64,000 nucleotides of DNA from Nitrospinales bacterium (GCA_965262115.1 OZ253496.1:192001-256000); one strand, 5' to 3'. Shown: positions 1 to 9,899, counted from the first letter of the stretch. Notes: a model not told the origin generated them from the sequence alone. A program made the numbers and translations.

Positions 1-918
1 AAAAGCGCTCAGGAAATTTTTAAACGTATTGCCCGGGTAGAAGCTGCGATCCATAAAACAACCATAGAAAAAATTCATTTTCATGAAGTTGGAGCCGTGG
101 ATTCGATTGTAGATATTGTTGGCGGCGTGGTCGCCATTGAATCCTTAAAGCTCGACAGGATTTATGCCTCTCCTCTCAATGTGGGTGAAGGCTTTGTTCA
201 ATGCGCCCATGGTTATCTGCCTGTTCCTGCTCCCGCCACGTTGAAACTTCTGAAAGGTGTCCCCATTTTCTCCAGTGGGGTTAAAAAAGAGCTAACCACT
301 CCAACAGGTGCGGCTATGATCGGCTTTTATGCCGATTCTTTTGGATCCCTGCCGACCATGAAAATTATCGACGATGGATATGGGGCAGGGGACCACGTCA
401 TCCCGGAAATGCCAAATATGCTTCGGGTTGTTCTGGGAGAGGTTCATGGGGAGCCGGGTGAAGAACTTATAATGATCGAAACCAATATTGATGACATGAA
501 CCCGGAGCTTTATGAAGGAGCCATGGACTCATTATTTAAAGTCGGCGCTTTGGATGTTTTTTTTAACCCGGTCATCATGAAGAAGAGTCGCCCTGCCAAC
601 AAAATTTCTGTTCTTTCCACCGAGAGTGATAGGCAGGCATTGACCGAAATCCTTCTTCAGGAAACATCCAGCTTTGGTGTTCGTTATTACAAAGTTGGAA
701 GGACAGTTTTAGAGCGAGAAATGAAAACCGTCAAAACCTCTTGGGGTCCCATCAAAATTAAGATCGGGAAATTGAACGGAAAGATTATACAAGCTTCCCC
801 CGAGTATGAAGATTGTAAGAAGCTCTCCATTAAAAAGAAAGTATCTGTTAAAATTATCCACGATGAAGCCCATTCCCTGGCAGTTGAACTGATTAACCAG
901 TTTAATTCCACCCCCTAG
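1..918 (+). CDS. larC: Nickel insertion protein LarC (5' end outside the window)
   Basis: Motifs IHFHEVGAVDSIVD, CAHGYLPVPAPAT, ELTTPTGAA, ETNIDDMNPE, PEYEDC; the frame is open to the window edge. Confidence 0.92.
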   Translation, partial: KSAQEIFKRIARVEAAIHKTTIEKIHFHEVGAVDSIVDIVGGVVAIESLKLDRIYASPLNVGEGFVQCAHGYLPVPAPATLKLLKGVPIFSSGVKKELTTPTGAAMIGFYADSFGSLPTMKIIDDGYGAGDHVIPEMPNMLRVVLGEVHGEPGEELIMIETNIDDMNPELYEGAMDSLFKVGALDVFFNPVIMKKSRPANKISVLSTESDRQALTEILLQETSSFGVRYYKVGRTVLEREMKTVKTSWGPIKIKIGKLNGKIIQASPEYEDCKKLSIKKKVSVKIIHDEAHSLAVELINQFNSTP

Positions 919-969
919 CAAGTTTAAAGTCTAATAGGGAAGTTTTTTTCTAGCAAGCCAGCACCATCC

Positions 970-1017
970 CCAGCACCCCGGTATGGGTCTTTTCAGGCCT
1001 CGGGGTGCTGGTTTTTT
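970..1017 (+). terminator. Probable intrinsic terminator after larC
   Basis: 11-bp stem ccagcaccccg/cggggtgctgg followed by T6. Confidence 0.6.
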
Positions 1018-1181
1018 CCAAATCCACCGCGCCACAGTCCCCATCCACGTAATATGTTTTAAAGTAAATTATTAGCAGACTCATGTGTTGGCTGCTAAAT
1101 GTGCTTCTAAGTAACTTTGAACATTGAAATTATTTTGTTTTATGTGAACCTGTATGGGCGAGATTTTAAAAGGAGGTTCTC

Positions 1182-1835
1182 ATGCCAGTTCACTTCACTT
1201 ATATTGAGGATCAGGAAACGGACACCACAGAATCCTATTTCTCGGACCATTTCTTAAGAGCGCGGATCGGTGACAGTAAACCCTCCAATAATGAATACGA
1301 TCCTATTTTTGAAGAAGGAAGAAGCGAAACATGGATTCAGTCTCACGAAAAAGAAATCAAGCGAAATAATCTGGAGTATGAAGAGGATGTCAACCAATAC
1401 ATCAGCTTGATGCTTGCCGGAATGGTGAACCCGAAATCGACGGTTTTGGCGCAACAGTATCTGGTGGGGACCGACTCCGATGCAGGTCAAATCGCCATTG
1501 ACCTGAAACTCCAATCCCAGAAATACCAGGTTTTCAGGATCAATGCGGACTTTCTGCTTTTTCATTTAGGGTTGTTCAGTTCTGAGACTAATATTTTGGG
1601 TGAAAAATATTTTGATAAGGGAGGGTCGTATTACAACGCCGCCGCCTGTAGCTTGAGGAATGCCCGGGGAGGGCGTTCGGGGTTGTCCGATGTATTGGAA
1701 AAACTTTCTTTAAAGTTTGGGAAATATGTGGAAATTTTAAGGTATATGAAAAACCAGTCCTCAAACTACTTCAGCTTTCATTTTAAGTTTTCTGAAGAAG
1801 AATTGGCCCGGCTTCAAAAACAATCGATCAAGTAA
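1182..1835 (+). CDS. Hypothetical protein
   Basis: 217-aa ORF with a strong RBS (aaggagg); function not recognised. Confidence 0.75.
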   Translation: MPVHFTYIEDQETDTTESYFSDHFLRARIGDSKPSNNEYDPIFEEGRSETWIQSHEKEIKRNNLEYEEDVNQYISLMLAGMVNPKSTVLAQQYLVGTDSDAGQIAIDLKLQSQKYQVFRINADFLLFHLGLFSSETNILGEKYFDKGGSYYNAAACSLRNARGGRSGLSDVLEKLSLKFGKYVEILRYMKNQSSNYFSFHFKFSEEELARLQKQSIK

Positions 1836-1894
1836 AACTTGAACGAATTTGGTGTTGCCGACTCGTTTATTGACCGAAAAGTGGGAATAAAATA

Positions 1895-1942
1895 TTGACA
1901 ACCATGATCTATAGTTCCTATATTGCTAATTCAATAGCAATA
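1895..1942 (+). promoter_or_regulatory. Sigma70-type promoter with an overlapping 8-6-8 inverted-repeat operator
   Basis: TTGACA (1895-1900), 18 nt, TATATT (1919-1924); TATTGCTA-N6-TAGCAATA at 1921-1942. Confidence 0.55.
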
Positions 1943-1958
1943 ATTTTAATTTACAGAT

Positions 1959-2378
1959 ATGTCATTCATGAGAAGCATATTGATTATGGTTTTGATGTGG
2001 GTTCTTTTTGGAGCCACCAATGCGCTGGCCCAGTCCTATCAGCATGGGGAGCACCAGCACCATCAAAGCCCTGTAGTCTCGCCTTTTGACGGGCCGAAAG
2101 GAGTTCAATCTTTACACTGTCTCCTGAGAGGCCACAATCATCGGGTATTTTGCCCTCATTCAAAACCTGATAGGAGTCAGACCACCAATATCGCTATAGA
2201 TTGTGGCGGTAAAACATCAGGTTCAATTCCAAGTACCACATCGTTCAGCAAAGATTTTGCGGAAATGGATTTTCTTTTGCTGATTCATCATGCGCCAGAG
2301 GAAAAACTGGCACCTTCAATATTGCTTACCTTTCATCGTTTCACAGGCGCACTGGATCCTCCTCCTAGATTTATCTAA
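1959..2378 (+). CDS. Exported His/Cys-rich protein, DUF2946-like leader
   Basis: Signal peptide, HGEHQHH, HCLLRGHNHRVFCPH, C-terminal LDPPPRFI. Confidence 0.65.
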   Translation: MSFMRSILIMVLMWVLFGATNALAQSYQHGEHQHHQSPVVSPFDGPKGVQSLHCLLRGHNHRVFCPHSKPDRSQTTNIAIDCGGKTSGSIPSTTSFSKDFAEMDFLLLIHHAPEEKLAPSILLTFHRFTGALDPPPRFI

Positions 2379-2533
2379 TTAAAATCTCACTAGTTTAAAA
2401 TTTCAGGTCGGTGCGTGGCTCCTCTATCAGGGGCTATGCGTAATTTGTGTTTTCTTTTTTTGTGTTCTTGAAATAAGAGAATACCTTTTGCTTCCGGGCA
2501 ACTAAAAATAATTGATATCTCTGAGGAGCCACA

Positions 2534-3526
2534 ATGTTAAACAGATCTAGATTGAGAGCCATTCATGCAATATTTTTATCCATTGTATGCCTATTGAGTT
2601 TCAATCCAATTGCTGAGGCGGCTTGCGGAGGAACGAACTGCGCTCTGATTGTTGGATCTCAGGATGGTGTGTTGGGTAAGGACAAGTTTGTTATGGATTT
2701 ATCTTACCGTTATGTCCTTGCGGAAAACCACCACCGTGGTTCCAGTAGTACAAATGAGGCGAAGGTTCCAAAAGTAAACTTTGCAACAAAAAAGATTGAG
2801 TCGGAAGAACATACGGAGTTGCGAACGATAAACAAGCTCGTCCAATTTGACGTCAGTTATGGTGTGACAGACAAATTAACTCTTTCCTTAAATGTGCCCT
2901 TTTTAAATGACCGTTATCACGAACATAAGGAAGGGACAAGGTTTAACAATACTAGTGGGACAACAGGATTTGGGGACATCACTTTATTGGCGAAATATGC
3001 CTTGTGGCAAACAACGAAACATATGTTTGTCGGTGGGGTCGGGATAAAATTTGCCACAGGAGATTATAAATTAAATGATAGTAAGGGGGCTATCAATGAA
3101 CAAACATTGCAGCCTGGTACAGGGTCTTACGATGCAATTCTTTCAGGAATTTATAATTACTCCGCTATTCCTAATAAGCTAAACATTTTCACATCTGTGT
3201 CACACAGGTTTACAACAGAAAATGATCTGGATTATCTTTTTGGTGATACCACACTCATTGATGCTGGCGTGGGTTATGTGCTGACAAAAAAAGTCAGTGT
3301 AAGCGGTCAATTGAATTTGAGGATTTCCGGGCGTGACGAATTTGTTAATTTAGATGTGCCAAGCACAGGTGGCGAGTTTTTATTCTTCACGCCGGGAGTC
3401 AGGTTTGCTGTATCTGATGATGTTTCTTTTTATTCGCATGTTCAGCTCCCTATATACCAGAGAGTCAATGATGAAAACCTGGTAACTGATTATGGAATAA
3501 TGCTGGGTGTTTCATATAACTTTTAA
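2534..3526 (+). CDS. Outer-membrane beta-barrel 'transporter' (MetA-pathway/phenol-degradation-like family), putative metal uptake
   Basis: Signal peptide, N-terminal CGGTNC, GFGDITL, QPGTGSYD, terminal YNF. Confidence 0.75.
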   Translation: MLNRSRLRAIHAIFLSIVCLLSFNPIAEAACGGTNCALIVGSQDGVLGKDKFVMDLSYRYVLAENHHRGSSSTNEAKVPKVNFATKKIESEEHTELRTINKLVQFDVSYGVTDKLTLSLNVPFLNDRYHEHKEGTRFNNTSGTTGFGDITLLAKYALWQTTKHMFVGGVGIKFATGDYKLNDSKGAINEQTLQPGTGSYDAILSGIYNYSAIPNKLNIFTSVSHRFTTENDLDYLFGDTTLIDAGVGYVLTKKVSVSGQLNLRISGRDEFVNLDVPSTGGEFLFFTPGVRFAVSDDVSFYSHVQLPIYQRVNDENLVTDYGIMLGVSYNF

Positions 3527-3536
3527 AAAATAAACA

Positions 3537-4058
3537 ATGTTTAGATTAATTATATTTGTTTTTTTCAGTTTCTTTTTGTCGGGTATGGCTGGGTCTCCTC
3601 CTTTTGTAGGAGGGCTAGCCCCGACGTTTGAGTTAGAGGCCACAAATGGAAGGATTTTAAAATTATCCGATTTGAAGGGTAAAACCATTATTCTAAATTT
3701 TTGGGCTACATGGTGTGTGCCATGCATTAAAGAAATGCCATCTCTAAGAAAAGCATACCCTTCACTAAAGAACAAAGATGTTGAGATCGTAGCAATAAAT
3801 TTTGCAGAATCTAAAGAGCGTGTGGAAAAATTCGTCTCCGAACATCATTTGAATTTTCCTGTTTTATTGGATAGCTATGGGGATACATCACAAGATTATA
3901 GGGTTAGAGGTTTGCCTGTAACTTATTTCATTACTCCAGACGGTATCGTAGGGGATGAAATAGTGGGTGGTGGTCTAACTCTGGAGTTGATCGAAGAAAA
4001 GCTCAGACATTTAGCTCATCCAATGCCACCCCAGAGCGCAACATTGCAATCCAATTAA
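3537..4058 (+). CDS. TlpA/ResA-family thiol-disulfide oxidoreductase
   Basis: NFWATWCVPC, and GLPVTYFI carrying the cis-Pro. Confidence 0.9.
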   Translation: MFRLIIFVFFSFFLSGMAGSPPFVGGLAPTFELEATNGRILKLSDLKGKTIILNFWATWCVPCIKEMPSLRKAYPSLKNKDVEIVAINFAESKERVEKFVSEHHLNFPVLLDSYGDTSQDYRVRGLPVTYFITPDGIVGDEIVGGGLTLELIEEKLRHLAHPMPPQSATLQSN

Positions 4059-4145
4059 GTTGGCGACTAGCAGTCTGCAAAGGATTTAATCTTCCTGTGA
4101 TACTGGGTTTGAGTTTCTAGGAGTCGGGGAAGGGTGCCCGGAAAT

Positions 4146-4421
4146 TTATCGGCCCTGTTTGTTCATGAATTCATCAAAGTGTTTCTGATACATGATGTCC
4201 CATTCTGGTGATCCTTCACGAGGCCCCTTGCTATAAGTGTTTAATATTCGGCGGGATTCTGCATCGGCCTTATCATCAAGTTGGAGAATGTCAGTCATCA
4301 CCCGGGTAATTTCCAGACGGATGTCATTGAGTTCGACTTTGTAATCCAGTTCATCACGTTTGGCAAAATCGCGGACGATGAGACTGCTGATATGGTTGAT
4401 TTTTTCTCGGCTGATTTTCAT
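4146..4421 (-). CDS. DUF507 family protein
   Basis: MKISREKINHIS...EGSPEWDIMYQK; paralogous to the neighbouring gene. Confidence 0.75.
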   Translation of the reverse strand: MKISREKINHISSLIVRDFAKRDELDYKVELNDIRLEITRVMTDILQLDDKADAESRRILNTYSKGPREGSPEWDIMYQKHFDEFMNKQGR

Positions 4422-4433
4422 AATTTACGGGGT

Positions 4434-4715
4434 TTAAAGAATAAGCCCTCGTTCACGCACTAATTTTGATTTCACCATCTGGAACACTCGCCCGTAATCC
4501 ATAATACTTCTTTCATACTCTTCGGTTTTGGAATCAAGCAAAGTTTTTACTTCTTCGTTGAGCCGGTCTTCAACCATGAGGTCTTCAGTAATAATATCAT
4601 TGATGACGGATTGCAGTTTTTCAGGTGGTTCCTCCCAGACAATCAAATCCTTATCCATCAAGGATTTGACAATTTTTTTGGCGAGAAGTTCGGTAAGGTC
4701 TTTAGGAATACGCAT
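4434..4715 (-). CDS. DUF507 family protein
   Basis: EDRLNEEVK...DYGRVFQMVKSKLVRERGLIL. Confidence 0.8.
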   Translation of the reverse strand: MRIPKDLTELLAKKIVKSLMDKDLIVWEEPPEKLQSVINDIITEDLMVEDRLNEEVKTLLDSKTEEYERSIMDYGRVFQMVKSKLVRERGLIL

Positions 4716-4748
4716 TATTTGAACAATTAGGTTTTAATTTTATTAAAG

Positions 4749-4821
4749 AGCGGGAGACGGGGTTCGAACCCGCGACATTCAGCTTGGGAAGCTGACACTC
4801 TACCAACTGAGCTACTCCCGC
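4749..4821 (-). tRNA. tRNA-Gly (CCC), CCA not encoded
   Basis: Reverse complement GCGGGAGTAGCTCAGTTGGTAGAGTGTCAGCTTCCCAAGCTGAATGTCGCGGGTTCGAACCCCGTCTCCCGCT folds as a cloverleaf. Confidence 0.97.
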
Positions 4822-4828
4822 CTGATCG

Positions 4829-5017
4829 TCAGTCAGAGCTTTTTTCACCCAGAATCAAAAAACAGTTTGTATCGGTCACCTGTATGTCTATGATTGGAAT
4901 TTTCTGCTGGTGCATCTCCTGAATGAGCTTATTAACCATGCTATCTATCGCCGCAGCGCCTTCTTCGGCAATATCGAGGACTCTGATACCTGTGACTATT
5001 TGGTTGTTAAGGGACAT
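4829..5017 (-). CDS. Small hypothetical protein
   Basis: 62-aa protein-like ORF ending 7 bp before tRNA-Gly on the same strand. Confidence 0.5.
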   Translation of the reverse strand: MSLNNQIVTGIRVLDIAEEGAAAIDSMVNKLIQEMHQQKIPIIDIQVTDTNCFLILGEKSSD

Positions 5018-5472
5018 TCAATTAAAAGCCGACCCGGCTACCCGCCTGTCCATAGACCATTACCCCTTGAATTTAAAGGGGAAACAAGTTTTACGGTGTG
5101 ACCAAATTTTCAGGCATTATCCACTATTTACCTCTTGTAATCAATACTAATTGGAGAATCCGCCTAAAAACAGGAGTACTTCTGTAGTTCATACAACATT
5201 TTACGGGGCGGATTCGACTGGGAATGTCGCTCTTTATTCAGTGAAGGCCCAAGTTGATCTAGGGGGTTATGTTTTTAATATGACGCACTATCGGCGCGAG
5301 GCACTTAATTGCATCGAGCAAGGAAATGACATAACTTGCGACTTTAAACCACGTTTAAATTAGCTTTTTCTTGTCGATCAAAATTTGATGAGCGTCGGGT
5401 TATAATATTTCCGCAAAAACTGAGCTCCTCATAAGGACTTTTTAAGAATGACCTAGCGGCTAAAATTATTTG

Positions 5473-5502
5473 AATGTCCGCTTCCGACCCAAAGCGGACA
5501 TT
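5473..5502. repeat. 30-bp hairpin site, left boundary of the PHP-ATPase cassette
   Basis: AATGTCCGCTT-ccgaccca-AAGCGGACATT (perfect 11-bp IR); related copy at 8017-8046. Confidence 0.8.
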
Positions 5503-5536
5503 AGTTCTGTATTAGATAATGGAGATTGTGAGGTAT

Positions 5537-7681
5537 ATGAAAATAGATATTCATGTACATACAAAAAAAACGAAGCAAGGTGATGCTGCGACACGAGAAA
5601 TTGAGGCGAAAAGATTTCACAGAATCATCTCATCTACTGAAGTAAAGATAGTCGCGATTACCAATCATAATGTTTTCGATTCGGCTCAATATAAAGAGTT
5701 CGTCGAGGCCGTAGGCAACGATTTTCAAATATGGCCAGGTGTAGAGCTTGATGTCCTTGAGGATGGCCGTAAAGGCCATCTAATAGTGGTGGTATCGCCA
5801 GAACATGCAAACCAATTAGAAGAGACTATCGTAAAAGTTTCCAAAGATAAAAGTCCTGACAATTTCAATATTTCTATCAGTAAAGTTATATCTAATTTTT
5901 ACAAGCTAAACCCACTTTATATCGCTCACTATCAACAGAAAAAACCCCATTTGTCAGACGAAGATATTGAGCAAATTATTACAAGCACATCGAACAAAAA
6001 TAGAATGCTAAAGGAAGCAACCAATGCAGTTTCTGCCGGAATTTTTATTAGTCATGGTCACGCTTCCATTTATGGTTCTGATCTGCAAGATTGGGAGAAA
6101 TATCAATCAAATTCGGAAAATCTTCCTGATCTCAGGTTGCCAGTTGAGAGCTTTGAGCAATTTTGTTTGCTGCTTGATAAAGATCAGAAGGCCATTGACA
6201 CTCTTTTGGACAAAAAATCCCACGAAAAAATTCTTATAGAACCTTTTAAGGATGATCCGCCGCTAGAGCTGATTGTTTATGACGATATCAATATATTTTT
6301 TGGAGCAAAAGGAACAGGAAAATCAGAAATATTAACTGCTATAGGAAATTATTATTCTAACAAAGGAATAGCATGCAGGAAGTTTGAGGCTGGGTCTGAT
6401 ACGTTGGAAGAAATATATGATTTTAGCGGAAAGAATTTAAAGCTTGACCTAAATGATTACGATATTAATTATTGTCTCAAAGAAATTGAATTAATCAAGA
6501 ATGCCCAAGAGGTAAGCATAACTAGTTTATCAAAATACATAAATTTTCATAAAGGAAGTCTAACCAATAAAAAGGCAAAAAAAATAAAGATTAAGGATTT
6601 TTCGAAGGTGGATACCAAGAATTCCGAGAGACAATTTAAAAAGATACAAATTTCTGATAGGAAAGTAAAAGAATTTAAGGAATTCATAGTACAAAATACT
6701 GTTATTAAAGAAATCCTAACCGAAGAAAAAATCGGTACTCTAATCGCGATATTGACGGAAGCCATTCAAGGACTTGAAGAAAAAAGTTTTGAAGAATTCT
6801 CGAATGAAAAAACAGCTCATCTTTTTAATGGAATTATTGAAAAATTTAAAATGGAGGTTTCTATAAAAACCGGAACCCCTACCAAACCTAGTGAAACTGG
6901 ATTCCGTAAATACGCCGAAAACCGAATAAATATCGAAATGGCAGCAAAAACCATAACGGACAATATCAATAAAAAAATTGAGCCCACTAAAGAGTATGTA
7001 GGAAACCTAGATGAAAAAGGTGATCTATGCTGCAAAACCGAGATCGTGATCCAGAATGGTAAAATTAGTGATAGTAAATTTAAAACAATTAACAAATCAA
7101 TTAAAAAAAATCCGCAAAAAGACTTCTCAAAGAAAATTGCAAACATCAGAGGCAAGGTGTATACCCACGACCTTTTCGAGGAAATTTCGGAGCTGAATCA
7201 ATTAGAGGACATAGACAAAATCCCAACCATTCTTGAGCTTTTAATTTTCAATAAAATTTTTACAATTAAAGATAGTGAGTACAAGCCATCAACAGGAAAG
7301 GCTTCAATGATATTGCTTCATAAAGAGCTAAGTGAAGAGAAGGATGTGTATATTTTAGATGAGCCTGAAAAAAGCTTGGGCAATGAATATATCAACAACG
7401 TAATTGTTCCCCTAATTAAAGAAAAAGCAAAAATCGGGAAAAAATTATTTATTGCGACACACGATGCCAACATTGCAGTTAGAACCTTACCATACAACTC
7501 GGTTTATCGGCACCATAGTCAAAAGGGATATGAGACATATGTAGGCAATCCATTTTCCAATAATCTTGTGTATATCAAGGGATCGCAGGAAAATTTGGAT
7601 TGAAAAAATATAAGCATGAGGACATTAGAGGGTGGAATAGAAGCTTTTGGAGAAAGGGACCAAATATATGGTAACCCATGA
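5537..7681 (+). CDS. PHP-domain phosphoesterase fused to an ABC/SMC-type ATPase (Ppl/TrlF-like, putative anti-phage); in-frame TGA at 7601-7603
   Basis: PHP motifs DIHVHT, ITNHN, PGVEL, GSD; Walker A GAKGTGKS, Walker B ILDEPE, H-loop IATHDAN. The frame continues past TGA as KNISMRTLEGGIEAFGERDQIYGNP*. Confidence 0.85.
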
Positions 7682-7973
7682 AGCAGAGATAATCGAAGTT
7701 GAAAAGGAGTATTTGCTTGCTTTAAAAATGCCGGATAATACGCTCAAAATAGCTATTACCCAGGATGTGCCCAATGATGTTAAAAAGGTTTTTAATGAGC
7801 TGATCGTATCCCTTAAAAATGGAGTTTTTAAATTTGCATTAAAAGAGGTAAAGGATAAAGATATTTTTTATCATGTTGCAGAGGAATATATTTCCCAATT
7901 AAACTCGGAGCTGGATGTAATTTATAAGGAAATGGAAGAATATAATTTGTTAGGCCCAGATAATAATGAGTAA
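7668..7973 (+). CDS. Small acidic hypothetical protein, partner of the PHP-ATPase
   Basis: ATG at 7668 overlaps the full-length ATPase 3' end; same AT-rich composition. Confidence 0.7.
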   Translation: MVTHEAEIIEVEKEYLLALKMPDNTLKIAITQDVPNDVKKVFNELIVSLKNGVFKFALKEVKDKDIFYHVAEEYISQLNSELDVIYKEMEEYNLLGPDNNE

Positions 7974-8016
7974 AGCGGATGCGGATTCATATTGCTATAA
8001 AAAATACTAGAGAGAG

Positions 8017-8046
8017 AATGTCCGCTTATGGCCGAAAGCCGACATT
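8017..8046. repeat. 30-bp hairpin site, right boundary of the PHP-ATPase cassette
   Basis: AATGTCCGCTT-atggccga-AAGCCGACATT; same length and orientation as 5473-5502. Confidence 0.8.
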
Positions 8047-8389
8047 GATCCCTCCTTTAATGGCTAGACAGAGTAATACCGGGTTACATCCTTATGTCAC
8101 AGAATTGACGCATTTCCGGGATATGGGGTTTTGCATCTGAGGTGTCTTTTTTTTGCAAATGAGCTGCGCGGTTACACAATGAAGGATAACATCCCATAAA
8201 ATTGACACGCCAAGTTGCGATTTTGGGATTTTTGTTTGCGAAAGGTTATTGAAATTATTCTACCAATTGAGTAAGATGGCAAATTAAAATAACTCATGAA
8301 AACACAAAAAGTTGCGGGAACGTGGCGATTTTCCAGGTTCCCACTTTTTGTTTGGATTTGGGCTCAAAAACGCTCCAACGAGGGAATTT

Positions 8390-9235
8390 GTGGTTAAAGA
8401 AATAGATTTTAAGGAAAAAATACCTGTCACCCATCACCTGATAGAGCTTAAAAACAGGTTGGTGCATGTAGGAATTGTTGTTGCGCTATTTTTTGGTGTT
8501 TGCTTTTTTTTCGTGGACTTTCTCTTGTTATGGCTGGAAGACCCTCTGCCGAAACAATATAACGACCTTACCTTTATAACACCCACAGAACCCTTTTTTA
8601 CTGCTATGAAGGTCTCCTTCATGGGGTCCATATTCATCTCCATGCCATGGATTTTATATCATGTCTGGGGCTTTATCGCTCCCGGTTTAAAGGTGAAAGA
8701 GAAAAAGATCACCGCATTGTTTGTTGCCTTCGGAACGTTGTTCTTTCTCTTTGGCGGTTTGTTTTGTTATTTTTTGGTTGTTCCTCTGGGGTTAAAATTT
8801 TTACTGAATTACGGCACGACCTGGTGGAAAATGCAGGTCACCATTGGTTTTTATTTCTCCTTTGTGGTGAAGATGATTTTGGCTTTTGCCTTTGCATTTC
8901 AAACTCCGCTCATCATGGTTTTGTTGACCAAGTTTGGGGTGATCAATACTGTCAAAATGAAGCTCTACCGCAAATGGGCATTTCTCGGGATGTTTGGCCT
9001 GGCCGCAGTTTTAACCCCACCCGATATCATCACTCAGTTGTTATTGGCATTCCCGCTTTATGCCTTGTATGAATTTGGTGTGATTGTATCCCGATTTTTC
9101 GAGGATCCCAAAAACCGAGAACTGGCATTCAAACAAATGAAAGCGGAGGCGGCTGCAAAGAAAGCCGCTAAAGAAGCGGCTCAAAGGGCGGCGATGGCCA
9201 GTAAAGCCAAAAAGAAAACCCGCAAAGCCTCCTGA
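8390..9235 (+). CDS. tatC: Twin-arginine translocase subunit TatC
   Basis: HLIELKNRL, FIAPGLKVKEKK, LTPPDIITQ; probable GTG start at 8390. Confidence 0.93.
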   Translation: MVKEIDFKEKIPVTHHLIELKNRLVHVGIVVALFFGVCFFFVDFLLLWLEDPLPKQYNDLTFITPTEPFFTAMKVSFMGSIFISMPWILYHVWGFIAPGLKVKEKKITALFVAFGTLFFLFGGLFCYFLVVPLGLKFLLNYGTTWWKMQVTIGFYFSFVVKMILAFAFAFQTPLIMVLLTKFGVINTVKMKLYRKWAFLGMFGLAAVLTPPDIITQLLLAFPLYALYEFGVIVSRFFEDPKNRELAFKQMKAEAAAKKAAKEAAQRAAMASKAKKKTRKAS

Positions 9236-9251
9236 TTTTCTGATTCCCTGA

Positions 9252-9899
9252 TCAAACAAAAAATACCAGAACGGAAATTAATCGTGGGTAGTGAAGCACG
9301 ATTAAAATTTCTGCAATGGTGAAACCCATATGCACCAGGATCGGAACTATTATTGAGCCTGTAGCTCTTAATAATCCCGCCGATATCATCCCCAGAAATA
9401 AATTTCCCAAACTCGGTTTGAAATGAAACAGGCTGTAGAGCAGGCCACCGCCAATAATAGCGGTGTTTTGTTTCTTCAACAAATTATTGACAACAAGACC
9501 CGTCACGAAAACCTGACTGAGAAATGGGATTACAAGGACGCTGGAAATGTTTCCTGCGATAGAGGTATTAAATCCCATCTCCTCAGGCACTCTTAATTCT
9601 GCTCCTGCAAATAATTCTGCCTGCGACAGCCCTGCTTGGACCAGTAAACTGTCCATTAAGACTACACCCACGACAGGGAGCGTTCCTAATAGAGTGCCTA
9701 TTGCCAGTGTTTTGCTGATATTGTTGAAGCCTAATTGTTGCAGGGAGACGCGCTTTAAGGCAAGAACGAGTGCCAGGGCCGAGGCAAAATAAAAGATGTG
9801 CCAGAACTCATAAATAAACCTGTTACCGGAAAAAACAAGGTGTACCGTTGGAAAAAGAAACAGGAAATAGAGGGCCAGAATGGGGGTGAGAATTTTCAC
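9252..9899 (-). CDS. CPBP/CAAX-family intramembrane protease-like protein
   Basis: Multi-TM; YSLFHF and GSIIVPILVH motifs. Likely GTG start at 9899, since the longer ORF runs through repeat DNA. Confidence 0.7.
   Translation of the reverse strand: MKILTPILALYFLFLFPTVHLVFSGNRFIYEFWHIFYFASALALVLALKRVSLQQLGFNNISKTLAIGTLLGTLPVVGVVLMDSLLVQAGLSQAELFAGAELRVPEEMGFNTSIAGNISSVLVIPFLSQVFVTGLVVNNLLKKQNTAIIGGGLLYSLFHFKPSLGNLFLGMISAGLLRATGSIIVPILVHMGFTIAEILIVLHYPRLISVLVFFV

Noticed and set aside
5204..5225. ggggcggattcgac resembling a tmRNA 5' end
   Set aside because: No matching 3' acceptor/T-arm and no tag ORF.
4749..8046. tRNA-Gly as the integration site of the ATPase cassette
   Set aside because: The cassette lies on the 5' side of the tRNA; no duplicated tRNA 3' end and no integrase were seen.
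5473..8046. Classical integron attC sites
   Set aside because: Too short, lacking RYYYAAC/GTTRRRY boxes, and no intI present.
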